From the NCBI GenBank assembly GCA_964005815.1, contig CAXFSR010000017.1, positions 128,001-192,000 of the forward strand: a stretch of 64,000 nt of DNA, given 5' to 3'. Origin of the DNA: an uncultured Nitrospinaceae bacterium (GTDB lineage Bacteria > UBA8248). Position numbers and translations under genes: made by a program. Positions 1-10,256 of the stretch are shown piece by piece. The stretch's first letter is position 1, and every line of letters starts with the position of its first letter. The notes under the pieces are model-generated. The model was not told the DNA's origin. It was given only the letters and a program-made list of their open reading frames with translations, and made no database searches.

Positions 1-1
1 A

Positions 2-1675
2 GGATGGAGACTTTTAAGAGGAGTCTATGGACAAAGACAAGCTGACTCTCAAATGTTCCGAATCAAAATTCCTTTTGGAGGAATGAATGCAGATCAACTT
101 GAAACTCTTGGGATAGTAGCTCGCGACTATGCCCCTCTAAAAAAAGGACATGTAACAACAAGAGAGTGCTTTCAATTCCATTTTATCAAATTAGATGAAG
201 CTGCAGACTTAATGAGAAAGATCGCAAAATCTGGTCTGACAACCAGAGAAGCCTGCGGAAATACCGTACGAAACGTTACAGGGTGTGCATTTGCAGGAGT
301 ATGCAAAGATCAGGTTTTTGACTCTACACCCTACGCAGGTGCGTTCGCACGATATTTTGCAAGAAAAGAGTTTATACAAAATTTACCTAGGAAATTCAAA
401 GCGGCATTTTCTAGCTGCAGTTCTGATTGTGTTGTTGCAGGAATACATGACATAGGATTCATTCCCGTAATTAAAGATATAGAAGGTGTCTCCACTAAGG
501 GTTTTAAAATGCTCGTAGGAGGAGGACTGGCAACGTTTCCTCGCGTAGCAGAAACTTTGTATGAATTTATACCTGCTACTGAGTTTCTGCGCGTGAGCGA
601 AGCGATAATAAGAGTCTTCAATAATTCTGAAGAACTCAGGAAAAGCAGATTTAAAGCAAGAATTAAATTTCTAGTAAGTTGGATAGGTATAGACGGCTTA
701 AGAGAAAGAGTAGAAAAAGAGCTAACAGAGAAGTGGGCTTCAAACCCAATTAATATCGATGAGTTTATTTGGGAAGATGACGAATATGAGAATATAGATA
801 CAGCCGAAGACTTTGAAAGTCCTGCGGATGAGATACAGTTAAATGGAGACCATGATGAATATACGGCATGGGAGTCCACAAATGTAAGAGAACAACGACA
901 ATCTGGATACTATGCGGCAGAAATAAAACTACCTCTCGGTGACATTACTGCAAATCAGTTCTTTGCATTGGCATCGATTTCTAGAAAATATGCCAGAAGC
1001 AGAGCCAGAACAAGTTACCAGCAAAATATTGTTTTTCGATGGATTAAAAAGAATGATCTGAAAAAAGTCTGGCTTGAACTAAAAAAAATAGGACTATCCA
1101 GTAATGGAGCACAAGAAATTACAGATGTTGTCTCTTGTCCTGGAACAGATTCCTGTAAATTAGGAATCACCTCTTCTATGGGATTGGCTACTGCTATACG
1201 AAATACTCTGGAAGAAGAAGGAATTGAAGACCCTCTTACAAAAGAAATTCAAATTAAGATGAGTGGCTGCCCTAATTCCTGCGGACAACACCATATTGCA
1301 AATATAGGGTTCCATGGAGGTACGCTCCGTTCAGAGGGAAAAATGCTTCCCGCATACGAACTTTTCTTAGCCGGTCAACATCAAAACACCAACGGATTAA
1401 CCAAACTTGGAGAACGTTTGAGAGTGAGGATTCCTGCTAAAAGAGTGCCTAATGCTCTAAAAAGCATTCTGGGTCACTATAAAGAAAATAGAAATAAAAA
1501 CGAAAAGTTCAATGATTTTTTTGAAAGAGTCGGAAATAAATCCTTTGAAGAACTGCTTCAGGAATTTCATATCAACGGTCAATTTAACGAAGAAAAAAAA
1601 GAAGAAATTTTTGTAGATTGGGGAAAGGAAGAAACCTACGTTCTTGAAAGAGGAGAAGGCGAATGCATGGCATAG
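2..1675 (+). CDS. Ferredoxin-type nitrite/sulfite reductase (siroheme/4Fe-4S), 5' truncated by window edge
   Basis: The frame is open from position 2 (GWRLLRGVYGQRQ...MFRIK). Motifs TTRECFQFH, ACGNTVRNV, NLPRKFK, CPGTDSC...SGCPNSCGQH are present. Confidence 0.92.
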   Translation, partial: GWRLLRGVYGQRQADSQMFRIKIPFGGMNADQLETLGIVARDYAPLKKGHVTTRECFQFHFIKLDEAADLMRKIAKSGLTTREACGNTVRNVTGCAFAGVCKDQVFDSTPYAGAFARYFARKEFIQNLPRKFKAAFSSCSSDCVVAGIHDIGFIPVIKDIEGVSTKGFKMLVGGGLATFPRVAETLYEFIPATEFLRVSEAIIRVFNNSEELRKSRFKARIKFLVSWIGIDGLRERVEKELTEKWASNPINIDEFIWEDDEYENIDTAEDFESPADEIQLNGDHDEYTAWESTNVREQRQSGYYAAEIKLPLGDITANQFFALASISRKYARSRARTSYQQNIVFRWIKKNDLKKVWLELKKIGLSSNGAQEITDVVSCPGTDSCKLGITSSMGLATAIRNTLEEEGIEDPLTKEIQIKMSGCPNSCGQHHIANIGFHGGTLRSEGKMLPAYELFLAGQHQNTNGLTKLGERLRVRIPAKRVPNALKSILGHYKENRNKNEKFNDFFERVGNKSFEELLQEFHINGQFNEEKKEEIFVDWGKEETYVLERGEGECMA

Positions 1676-2088
1676 TAGACAACTCCCCAAACTCTCTAAA
1701 AGCCATTATCCTTCTTGGCCATGGAAGCAGAGCTGAGGGTGCTAACCGAGATATGTACAAGGTAGTAGATATCTTTCAGAAAAAATGGCCAGAGAGAATT
1801 GTAACTGCTGCTTTTTTAGAGATTAATGAGCCCTCTATTCCTGATTGCATTGATACCTGCGCAAAAAAAGGAGCAGAAGAAATTCTTTTGACACCCTACT
1901 TTCTGCATATGGGAAATCACGTGAGAAAAGATCTCCCTCATCTTGTAGAAATTGGTGCATCCAGAAATCCAAATGTAAAAATTCACCTAGGACCACATCT
2001 TGGGTTTCATGAAAAGATTATCGATATCGTTTCTCAAAGAATCGAAGAAGGTCTTGAAGAATGCAGTCAGTCAATAATTACAAAGTAG
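1663..2088 (+). CDS. CbiX/SirB-family sirohydrochlorin chelatase (small form)
   Basis: LLGHGSR, AFLEINEPSI and PYFLHMGNHVRKDLP motifs; adjacent to a siroheme enzyme. Exact start uncertain. Confidence 0.88.
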   Translation: MHGIVDNSPNSLKAIILLGHGSRAEGANRDMYKVVDIFQKKWPERIVTAAFLEINEPSIPDCIDTCAKKGAEEILLTPYFLHMGNHVRKDLPHLVEIGASRNPNVKIHLGPHLGFHEKIIDIVSQRIEEGLEECSQSIITK

Positions 2089-2118
2089 AATAGATACTCA
2101 AAGACCTACAAAAAAAAA

Positions 2119-2274
2119 TCAGAACTTACCTGCAAGATGACCTCTTCTCTCGGCTTCTTCTTTTCCAGAAAGCAACCTATCTCTTTCTTCTAAAAGCCAG
2201 TTGAAATATACATCACATCCGGCAATAGGAGTTGGATAATTTTTTATTTCTTCTTTGATTTCCTCTAAATCCAT
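2119..2274 (-). CDS. Small hypothetical protein, 51 aa (MDLEEIKEEIKNYPTPIAGCDVYFNWLLEERDRLL...)
   Basis: Read manually, below the ORF-track cutoff. ATG at 2274, TGA at 2119-2121, same strand as the upstream operon. The YPTPIAGCDxxFNxLLEER motif looks like a conserved small-protein family. Confidence 0.65.
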   Translation of the reverse strand: MDLEEIKEEIKNYPTPIAGCDVYFNWLLEERDRLLSGKEEAERRGHLAGKF

Positions 2275-2332
2275 CTCATTAAAACCTTCAAAAAATGTAA
2301 ATAGAACTATATCTAATATTCACCGGACTATT

Positions 2333-2704
2333 CTATTCTCCTAGCGCTTTTGCTATTTTTTGAGTGTCATCGAAAAGCAAAAATTCCGTTTCGAGTCCAT
2401 CTTCCACTTTATACATATGTACGCCATTAGCGTCTAAATTGTCAGCAGTGTATTTCACAAAAACATGGACTCGATCACCCTCTGCTACAACATGCAATAT
2501 TTCCAAACTGAAATTTGGATAATCATCAAAAAGGTGTGAGATGAAATTATCTCTCCAGTCATTAAAACCTTTATATTCCCCAGATCTCTTGTGATTCCCA
2601 TTCACTCTTATCACTGCATCTTCGTGAAAGAGTTTACCAAGACTTTCAATATCCCCTTGAGAAAATGCCTGATATCCACTAAGAACGATTTCTTTCGGTG
2701 TCAT
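2333..2704 (-). CDS. SnoaL/NTF2-like family protein
   Basis: YQAFSQGDIESLGKLFHEDA...SGEYKG...VAEGDRVHV pattern; GGAGG RBS. Confidence 0.85.
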   Translation of the reverse strand: MTPKEIVLSGYQAFSQGDIESLGKLFHEDAVIRVNGNHKRSGEYKGFNDWRDNFISHLFDDYPNFSLEILHVVAEGDRVHVFVKYTADNLDANGVHMYKVEDGLETEFLLFDDTQKIAKALGE

Positions 2705-2769
2705 AATTGAATTCCTCCTTATTCAATTTTGGGTTAACAATATTTTTATTTCTTTTTTGCCCTTAAAAT

Positions 2770-3219
2770 TTACTTAGGACGACACTTCATGAGCACAATA
2801 CCTTTCATCTTCAGTTTAACTTCATCTTCCTGATTCGTAGTTGTATAATCCAGAACCATTATTCCTCGAGTAGGGTCCGACTTAGATACACGTTTGTTTT
2901 CAAGCAAAACACTTAGCGACAACACATCTCCTGGTCTTACAGGACTGATAAATTGAATAGATTCTATTCCTGGAGAACCAAGACTGGATGTCCCTAAAAA
3001 TCCTGTATCTACAAATAAACGCATCGTAACAGCCATAGTATGAAACCCGCTGGCGATTATTCCACCGTACTGGAATTTTTCTGCGTAATCTATATCCACA
3101 TGAAAAGGCTGCGGATCGTAATTTCGCGCAAACTCCATGATCTCTTCTTGGCTAAGCTCAATACCTCCAGCAGTAAAAATCTGACCAACTTCAAAGTCTT
3201 CAAAAAATCGATCACTCAT
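2770..3219 (-). CDS. MaoC-family dehydratase
   Basis: FEDFEVGQ, FARNYDPQPFHVD, IASGFHT and PVRPGD motifs. Confidence 0.9.
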   Translation of the reverse strand: MSDRFFEDFEVGQIFTAGGIELSQEEIMEFARNYDPQPFHVDIDYAEKFQYGGIIASGFHTMAVTMRLFVDTGFLGTSSLGSPGIESIQFISPVRPGDVLSLSVLLENKRVSKSDPTRGIMVLDYTTTNQEDEVKLKMKGIVLMKCRPK

Positions 3220-3243
3220 ACACTTTTTCTTTCAATTATCTTT

Positions 3244-3639
3244 TTATTTTTCACCTGGATAAAGATCTTCTGCATTATCAGCGTCATCAGCCATATTATA
3301 GTCCTGATCAAGATCCCCAGAACCCGCAGGACTTTTCACTGTAAAAAAAGTAGCTTCTCCATTGATTGCCCTGCTTCGATGATTCGTATTACGAGGTATA
3401 TGAATCATATCTCCAGGGCCAACAATTTTGTCTTCATCGCCTAAAATATAATGAAGGTTTCCTTCAAGTATCAATGTGAACTGTTCTTCATTTGGATGCA
3501 TATGAAGAGGAGGTCCCTCTCCTTCCGGTTTAGTTACAAAACCTGCTTTCATGAACTCACCAGGGACACTTTTTGCAGACATAGCAGGATTGATTTCACT
3601 GTTGTTCTTCGCCATTGAGGCAATTTGATAAAACGGCAT
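3244..3639 (-). CDS. Cupin domain protein
   Basis: HMHPNEEQFTLILEG...PGDMIHIPRNTNH cupin metal motif. Confidence 0.9.
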   Translation of the reverse strand: MPFYQIASMAKNNSEINPAMSAKSVPGEFMKAGFVTKPEGEGPPLHMHPNEEQFTLILEGNLHYILGDEDKIVGPGDMIHIPRNTNHRSRAINGEATFFTVKSPAGSGDLDQDYNMADDADNAEDLYPGEK

Positions 3640-3668
3640 CTTTTAGTTCTCCTGATTAAATAAACTTA

Positions 3669-4793
3669 TTAATTGAGTTGTTCCAAGTCATCCAAGTCCA
3701 AAGGTAAAGGCAAGGCTTTTCCTAATTTAGAAGAAAGATCCATTGCCATCGTAAGAATCAAATTATTGTGACCATCTTCAGCAGTAGCATGAGGAGTATC
3801 GAGTCCTGAATGAACTCTTGCAAACCATGCATTTGTTTCTTCTCTCATTGGACCCCATAGTTGTTCCAAAACAATATCCCCTGGAGGATAACTCGTTAGA
3901 AAATCTACGTTCCTTTTGACTTCAGGGGTATAACCTGCTGGCTGTGGATGTTCGGTAGCAAGGACAAGATCTCGGTGTGTATCATCTATCGTCAAGACGC
4001 CTTCCGTTCCTACAATTCCAATTTCAAGACTATACACAGAACCTGGCCATACAACCGGGAGTGCCCAACTGATATTCATGCTCCATATGGTACCGTCTTC
4101 AAATGTAAAGATTCCAAGGGTTGCGTCTTTTGTGCCGTAGGATGCACCTAAGGTTTTATCTACAGTCTTTGTATAAATTTCAACGGGTTTCTTTCCTTCC
4201 ATCAGCCACATACAAATATCTAAGCTATGTGTACCAGAAACAACCATAGGAGTCAGTTTAGCTCGATATTCCGTTTTTTCTACAGTGGCAATAGGAACAA
4301 GACGGTTCATAAATGCTCTGGTGACAACTGTAGTCACCTCTCCTAGCTGTCCTGTTCTAACTTTTTCTTTTGCTACAAGAAATCTTCTCCTGAAACGTTG
4401 TGTGTAACCCACAACCGCATCAATATCGTTCTCTTTGATCGCATCCAGAATCATCTGAGATTCTTTTGCATTCGTTGCCAGAGGTTTTTCAATAAACAAG
4501 TCATGTTTTTTCTCAATAGAAAGCATCGTAGGATCAACATGCTCCGTTTCATCTGTTGCAATTATAGTTGCTGTTACTTCAGAACGATTCAATAATTCTT
4601 TATAGTCATTGGTATAAAAGTCAGCATTTACGTCATCAGCTAATTGACGGCCTACTTTTTCGTTCACATCGCATAAACCAATCCACTCTACACCTGGATA
4701 ACTCTTTGCAAATTCTGCCCTGATTCTTCCTATTTTACCGCAACCAACTACTGCCAAACCAATCGGTCGCAGGTTGTTCTCGTTCCCGCTCAT
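3669..4793 (-). CDS. Gfo/Idh/MocA-family oxidoreductase
   Basis: VVGCGKIG, IEKPLA and VGYTQRF motifs; ATG at 4793 follows a GGAGG RBS. Confidence 0.9.
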   Translation of the reverse strand: MSGNENNLRPIGLAVVGCGKIGRIRAEFAKSYPGVEWIGLCDVNEKVGRQLADDVNADFYTNDYKELLNRSEVTATIIATDETEHVDPTMLSIEKKHDLFIEKPLATNAKESQMILDAIKENDIDAVVGYTQRFRRRFLVAKEKVRTGQLGEVTTVVTRAFMNRLVPIATVEKTEYRAKLTPMVVSGTHSLDICMWLMEGKKPVEIYTKTVDKTLGASYGTKDATLGIFTFEDGTIWSMNISWALPVVWPGSVYSLEIGIVGTEGVLTIDDTHRDLVLATEHPQPAGYTPEVKRNVDFLTSYPPGDIVLEQLWGPMREETNAWFARVHSGLDTPHATAEDGHNNLILTMAMDLSSKLGKALPLPLDLDDLEQLN

Positions 4794-4817
4794 AAATTCC
4801 TCCAAAAACAATTGAAA

Positions 4818-5750
4818 TTATTTGAAAATATTTTTGGGGAGCATAGCATGCACCCCTTTCACCCCATTAACTATTTGTGTAACTCTTAGATCTACTGCCA
4901 AACTACAAATGGTATAAGCATCATCCCGATGAATATCGAATTCACTTTCCATAAACTTTATTGTTTCTCTAAGTGCAATTTTCACTGCATTATCTACAAG
5001 TGGATCAAAGCCCATGAAAATAAAGTGTGTAGGAGTTTCCGCTTTCGGTAGAGTTAGTGATAGCTCTTTATGAACTTTGAATTTCAGTGTGCCCGACATA
5101 GCACACTCTAATGCGGTCAGACAAACTTCTCCATCCCCTTGGCATCCATGGCCATCACCAATCGAAAACAAAGCTTGCTCATTAAAAACAGGAAAAAATA
5201 CCTTGGAACCCGAAATTAATTCCTTATTATCCATATTACCGCCCCAAGCTCCCGGTGGATAACTTCCAATTTTCCCCATGGAAGGCGGAGGTGCTACTCC
5301 AAAATTACCAAAATATGGACGTAATGGTACTTTTATTCCTGCGCCCCAATCCGCCACTCCAAGTTTTTTGTCGATCTCAACAATTACTGTTCTACGGTAA
5401 GGAAAATCTTCTGGCAATCCTCCCATAAGGGGTCTAAAACCATTATATCCCCAATCATATCTAGGAGAGATATCTTCAAGCTGCACTTCTAATACATCTC
5501 CAGGAGAAGTTCCCTCAATCGCAATTGGACCAACAAGAATATGTGGGCCAGGACCAATTGGAAGTTTCTCTATAATTCCACGAAAATCGTCTGAAGCCCG
5601 ATCTCCGATTAGTTCTAAATGCTCTTCTAAGCCGGATTCTGTATGGACCCGCAGCGTATCTCCCGACTTTACTGTTAGTATTGGGGGAGTACTCGCATCA
5701 TAAAAACCTCGGCTTACATTTTCAGGATTTGCAAATAATTCATGTTCCAT
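4818..5750 (-). CDS. Acetamidase/formamidase family protein (paralog 3)
   Basis: HILVGPIAIEG, GGNMDNKEL and FSIGDGHGCQGDGEVCLTALE motifs. Confidence 0.9.
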   Translation of the reverse strand: MEHELFANPENVSRGFYDASTPPILTVKSGDTLRVHTESGLEEHLELIGDRASDDFRGIIEKLPIGPGPHILVGPIAIEGTSPGDVLEVQLEDISPRYDWGYNGFRPLMGGLPEDFPYRRTVIVEIDKKLGVADWGAGIKVPLRPYFGNFGVAPPPSMGKIGSYPPGAWGGNMDNKELISGSKVFFPVFNEQALFSIGDGHGCQGDGEVCLTALECAMSGTLKFKVHKELSLTLPKAETPTHFIFMGFDPLVDNAVKIALRETIKFMESEFDIHRDDAYTICSLAVDLRVTQIVNGVKGVHAMLPKNIFK

Positions 5751-5751
5751 A

Positions 5752-6702
5752 CTATTTCATATCCTCAAATAAAGATTTGGACAAAAGACCATGGACTCCT
5801 TTTGTTCCATTGACAATTTGTGTAACGCGCAAATCTAAAGAGAGACTACACAATGTATACGCGTCATCTTTTTTCATTTCAAAGCGTTCAACTAAAAATT
5901 TTATTGTCTCTCTTATAACACTCTTGATTGCGTTATCTAAGACAGGATCAAAACCCATAAAAATATAATCTGAAGAAGATTCAGCCATAGGAACATCTAG
6001 AGTTGTGTTTTTGTGAAGGAAAAATTGTATTTTTCCAACCAAACCACATTCCAAAGCAGAAAGACAGCTTTCACCATCTCCCTGACATCCGTGTCCATCG
6101 CCAATGGAGAACTGGGCGCCATCTACAAACACTGGAAAAAAAACACTGGTTCCTACCGTAAATTCTTTATTATCCATATTTCCGCCCCACGGACCAGGAA
6201 CAGAAGATGGAACCTTTCCAAGATTTAAAGGAGGAGCAACCCCCATATTTCCAAAAAACGGTGAAAGAGGAATTGGCACCCCGGTTTCCCAATCACAAAT
6301 ATTTCTTTCTTTATCAATCTCAATTATAATTCTTCTTTCATAAGGGAAGTCCTCTGGCAAACCACCTGATAATGGTCGAAATCTGTTAAAACCCCAGTTA
6401 TACCTTGGAAAAATTTCTAACATTTTTACTTCCAAAACATCTCCTGCCAGTGCCCCTCTTATTCCTATTGGACCATTTAAAATATGGCCTCCTAGTTTAC
6501 GATCCCCATTTTCGACGATATCAATCAGTTCAGGTGAAACTATTTCTCTCATTTCAGAATCAATTTCTCTCATTCCAGGCTCTGTATGAACCTCTACAAT
6601 ATCCTCAGAAGAGACATCAAACAAAGGTTTCGCTTCTGGATCATAGAATCCCCACTGCACTGAACTAGAATTTGCAATTATTTTATTAATATTAAACTCC
6701 AA
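5752..6702 (-). CDS. Acetamidase/formamidase family protein (paralog 2)
   Basis: HILNGPIGIRG, GGNMDNKEF and FSIGDGHGCQGDGESCLSALE motifs. Confidence 0.9.
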   Translation of the reverse strand: MEFNINKIIANSSSVQWGFYDPEAKPLFDVSSEDIVEVHTEPGMREIDSEMREIVSPELIDIVENGDRKLGGHILNGPIGIRGALAGDVLEVKMLEIFPRYNWGFNRFRPLSGGLPEDFPYERRIIIEIDKERNICDWETGVPIPLSPFFGNMGVAPPLNLGKVPSSVPGPWGGNMDNKEFTVGTSVFFPVFVDGAQFSIGDGHGCQGDGESCLSALECGLVGKIQFFLHKNTTLDVPMAESSSDYIFMGFDPVLDNAIKSVIRETIKFLVERFEMKKDDAYTLCSLSLDLRVTQIVNGTKGVHGLLSKSLFEDMK

Positions 6703-6704
6703 AA

Positions 6705-7637
6705 TTAGAAAATTGACTTAGGGAGCATTGCATGTACACCCTTATAACCATTCACTATCTGGGTTACACGAAGATCAACTGCAAGACTACATAAAGTGTA
6801 AGCATCATCAGGATGTAATCCTTTAGAATTTTTTAAAAAATAAATAGTTTCACGAAGTGCTATTTTTGCGGCGTTATCCAAAATGGGGTCAAAACCCATA
6901 AAAATATGATGTGTTTCAGATTCTGCAATAGGAAGATTAATACTTAGATCTTTTCGTACCTTAAACTCAAAAGTTCCTATTAAACCCATTTCTATCCCAT
7001 TAATATTGGCTTCGCCATCACCTTGACATCCATGACCATCTCCAACAGAGAATAGAGCCCCATCATTAAAAATCGGGAAAAATATTTTAGTTCCAGTTAC
7101 AAATTCTTTATTGTCAGTATTTCCACCCCAAGCAGCAGGTGGTGTCGAGGGAACTTTCCCATATGATTTCGGAGGAGCTACTCCGAAATTCCCAAAAAAA
7201 GGCTTGATTGGCACTTTCACTCCAGCGCCCCAATCTGCAAGTCCTTTCTCCTTATCTACATCGATGACAACAACCCTAGAATACGGAAAATCCTCTGGAA
7301 GCCCCCCAACCAGTGGACGAAAACCATTATAGCCCCAGTCATAGCGTGTCTGAATATCCTTAATGTTTACCTCTAAAACGTCTCCTTGTTTTGCCCCGTT
7401 AATACAAACAGGACCCGTCATAATATGTGCACCAAAAGCCTGTTCATGATGTGAAAAAATATCTATCAACTGAGAGGAAATTCTGTCTCCCAAAGCTGTA
7501 ACGAGATCTTTTCTTCCTGACTCTGTATAAAACACTACAGTATCGCCATCATCGATAGTGAGTACAGGGTGCAGGGAAGCATCGTAAAATCCCCAGTGAA
7601 TATTTGATTCGTCTGCTATAAGTTCATACTTAGACAT
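6705..7637 (-). CDS. Acetamidase/formamidase family protein (paralog 1)
   Basis: HIMTGPVCING, GGNTDNKEF and FSVGDGHGCQGDGEANINGIE motifs; ATG at 7637 preferred as start. Confidence 0.9.
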   Translation of the reverse strand: MSKYELIADESNIHWGFYDASLHPVLTIDDGDTVVFYTESGRKDLVTALGDRISSQLIDIFSHHEQAFGAHIMTGPVCINGAKQGDVLEVNIKDIQTRYDWGYNGFRPLVGGLPEDFPYSRVVVIDVDKEKGLADWGAGVKVPIKPFFGNFGVAPPKSYGKVPSTPPAAWGGNTDNKEFVTGTKIFFPIFNDGALFSVGDGHGCQGDGEANINGIEMGLIGTFEFKVRKDLSINLPIAESETHHIFMGFDPILDNAAKIALRETIYFLKNSKGLHPDDAYTLCSLAVDLRVTQIVNGYKGVHAMLPKSIF

Positions 7638-7808
7638 TTTAATAGCCCCAAAAAAAAACAACAATAAAAACGAATATTGAATTCTAATATTTTATGTAAT
7701 GGATAGAAATGAGTATGTCAAAAAAAAGACAATACAAAAACTATCTTGGAATATATTATTTATATATTATTAAATGTTTTAAATTTCATTTAAATAATTG
7801 AGCTTAGA

Positions 7809-8501
7809 ATGTTTCGAATTTTTTGTCTGTCAATCATATCAATCCTTGCTCTAGTTTCTTGTACCCATTTTCTATTCCAAGAAAGCAAAGGAGAGAAAAT
7901 TAATTTATTAAGAGAATCCATATACAAAGAGCATCAATTGTTAAAAGAAGAGTTCGTAAAACTTGATACTGAAGGCAGTCTTGAATTATGTGTCCCTGAG
8001 AATTTTCAAATGATACGTTTTCTCATTTTCCAAATTTCTAGCATGAAAGATGAAGAAAATGAAAATCTCGTAATCAATCTTATAAATAAGTCTTTAAGAA
8101 GAATCAAAGATGCAAAGCTACAATTATACAATAAGAATTGTGTAGACAGAGACGGAGACGGACTAATGGATATTGATGAAAAAAGAAAATTTTTTACAAA
8201 TCCTAAAAAATCAGATACTGATGGAGATGGGCTTTCAGACAAAGACGAAATTATTAAATACCGAACGAATCCTATCAAAAGAGATACAGATGAAGATTTT
8301 CTGAATGATGGTCATGAGGTTATTCTGAATTTGAATCCAATAAACAGAGATAGTGATTTGGATGGATATTCCGACGGTTTAGAGGTAAAATCTGGATCAG
8401 ACCCATTAAATCAATGCTCTCAGCCATTAAAAGGTAAGCGTTTTAAGGCTCCATGGGCAAAGTGTAATGGTTCGGTGACAAAACATAAAATTTTAAAATA
8501 A
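7809..8501 (+). CDS. Putative lipoprotein with Ca-binding DxDGDGLxD (thrombospondin type 3-like) repeats
   Basis: Lipobox-like LVSC and four repeats: DRDGDGLMD, DTDGDGLSD, DTDEDFLND, DSDLDGYSD. Confidence 0.75.
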   Translation: MFRIFCLSIISILALVSCTHFLFQESKGEKINLLRESIYKEHQLLKEEFVKLDTEGSLELCVPENFQMIRFLIFQISSMKDEENENLVINLINKSLRRIKDAKLQLYNKNCVDRDGDGLMDIDEKRKFFTNPKKSDTDGDGLSDKDEIIKYRTNPIKRDTDEDFLNDGHEVILNLNPINRDSDLDGYSDGLEVKSGSDPLNQCSQPLKGKRFKAPWAKCNGSVTKHKILK

Positions 8502-8524
8502 ACAATCTTTTTGGAGATTAAAGA

Positions 8525-10216
8525 ATGGAAAATGGCGAAAGAAAGCTAAATGTTTTTAGCAGAAGGATTACTGAACCCCCATCACAAGCTGCTTCACAAG
8601 CCATGCTTTATGGAGCTGGCCTAGATGAAACAGATATGCAAAATCCACAAATTGGAATTGCAAGTATGTGGTGGGAAGGCAATTCATGCAATTTTCATCT
8701 AAATAGACTAGCCGAAATAATAAAACATAGTATTTCTGAGAACAAAAAAATGGTGGGTTTGATTTTCAATACGATAGGAGTAAGCGACGGAATTTCTATG
8801 GGAACGGAAGGAATGAAATACTCTTTGCAATCAAGAGATATAATCGCAGATTCTATCGAAACAGTGGTGAGTGCTCAATGGTACGATGGATTAGTTACAC
8901 TCCCAGGTTGTGACAAAAATATGCCTGGTTCATTAATTGCAATGGCAAGATTAAACAGACCAAGTTTAATGGTGTATGGCGGCACAATCAGTCCTGGTTT
9001 TCTGGATGGAAAAAAACTAGATGTAGTATCCGCCTTCCAAGCATACGGAGAATTTTTTAGCGGTAAAATTGAAAAAAATGATTTAGATAAAATCATTCGA
9101 CATTCTTGTCCGAGTGGTGGAGCGTGTGGTGGAATGTATACGGCGAACACGATGTCTTCTGCTATTGAGTCCCTTGGAATGAGTCTCCCATTTAGCGCTT
9201 CAAACCCTGCTATGAGTGATGACAAAAAGAAGGAATGCTCAAATATTGGTGACGCCATGTACAATCTACTAGAAAAAAATATCTTACCCAGCGATATAAT
9301 GACTAAACAAGCATTTGAAAATGCCATTACGATAATCATGGCACTTGGTGGGTCTACAAATGCAGTTATGCATATGATAGCTATTGCAAAAGCGATAAAT
9401 GTTGAACTTACTATTGATGATTTTCAGAAGATAAGCGACAAAACTCCCTATATAGCAGACTTAAAACCAAGCGGAAAATATGTAATGGAAGATCTTCATA
9501 ACGAAGGAGGAGTTCCTGCTGTTCAAAAGCTTCTTCTGAAAGAAGGATATATTGACGGGAATTGCCTTACCGTAACAGGAAAAACTCTAGCAGAGAATAT
9601 TGATATCCTTCCCGGATTGTCTGAAGGACAAAAAATTATTTTTCCTGTAAGCAGCCCAATCAAACAATCTGGGCATTTACAAATCTTATATGGCAATCTA
9701 GCGAAAGAAGGATCTGTTGCAAAAATCACAGGAAAAGAAGGAGAAAGATTTGAAGGTCCTGCTAAAGTTTTTGATTCTGAAGAAGAAGCCTTAAAAGGGC
9801 TAGAAGATAATACTATCCATAAAGGCGATGTTGTAATTATAAGATATGAAGGACCGAAAGGTGGTCCAGGAATGAGAGAAATGCTAACCGTCACTTCAGC
9901 CATTATGGGCGCAGGGTTAGGAAATGATTTGGCACTCATAACAGATGGCAGATTCTCTGGAGGAACACATGGATTTGTTGTGGGTCATGTTACTCCAGAA
10001 GCTCAAGAAGGCGGATTAATTGCTCTAATAGAAGATGGAGATACTATCCTTATTGATGCGATTGAAAGAGTCATGGAACTAAAAATATCAGAAGAAGAAA
10101 TTCAAAAAAGAAGAACAGCATGGTCAGAACCACCTTTGAAGTTTACAAAAGGGACTCTATATAAATACGCAAAATGTGTTTCATCTGCTTCTGAGGGTTG
10201 TGTAACTGACGCATAA
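8525..10216 (+). CDS. ilvD: Dihydroxy-acid dehydratase
   Basis: [48 protein letters not shown] and TDGRFSGG motifs. Confidence 0.95.
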   Translation: MENGERKLNVFSRRITEPPSQAASQAMLYGAGLDETDMQNPQIGIASMWWEGNSCNFHLNRLAEIIKHSISENKKMVGLIFNTIGVSDGISMGTEGMKYSLQSRDIIADSIETVVSAQWYDGLVTLPGCDKNMPGSLIAMARLNRPSLMVYGGTISPGFLDGKKLDVVSAFQAYGEFFSGKIEKNDLDKIIRHSCPSGGACGGMYTANTMSSAIESLGMSLPFSASNPAMSDDKKKECSNIGDAMYNLLEKNILPSDIMTKQAFENAITIIMALGGSTNAVMHMIAIAKAINVELTIDDFQKISDKTPYIADLKPSGKYVMEDLHNEGGVPAVQKLLLKEGYIDGNCLTVTGKTLAENIDILPGLSEGQKIIFPVSSPIKQSGHLQILYGNLAKEGSVAKITGKEGERFEGPAKVFDSEEEALKGLEDNTIHKGDVVIIRYEGPKGGPGMREMLTVTSAIMGAGLGNDLALITDGRFSGGTHGFVVGHVTPEAQEGGLIALIEDGDTILIDAIERVMELKISEEEIQKRRTAWSEPPLKFTKGTLYKYAKCVSSASEGCVTDA

Positions 10217-10256
10217 AGTAATAATTAACATTTCATGATATTAAACAGGTCCTTAC

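Noticed and set aside
331..879. Antisense and alternate-frame ORFs (e.g. 331-879, 3040-3444, 8875-9339, 9523-9939, 11412-11741, 48774-49091)
   Set aside because: They lie almost wholly over well-supported genes on the opposite strand and have no motifs; they are shadow ORFs.
2098..2121. Possible Sec readthrough at the TGA of the 51-aa ORF (GTAGGTCT downstream resembles a SECIS loop)
   Set aside because: No flanking stem, and readthrough gives only FFFVGL before another TGA.
8145..8400. Repeated GAxGGAGAxGG-like sequence as a possible CRISPR or DNA repeat
   Set aside because: Explained by protein-level DxDGDG repeats; the copies are degenerate and in frame.
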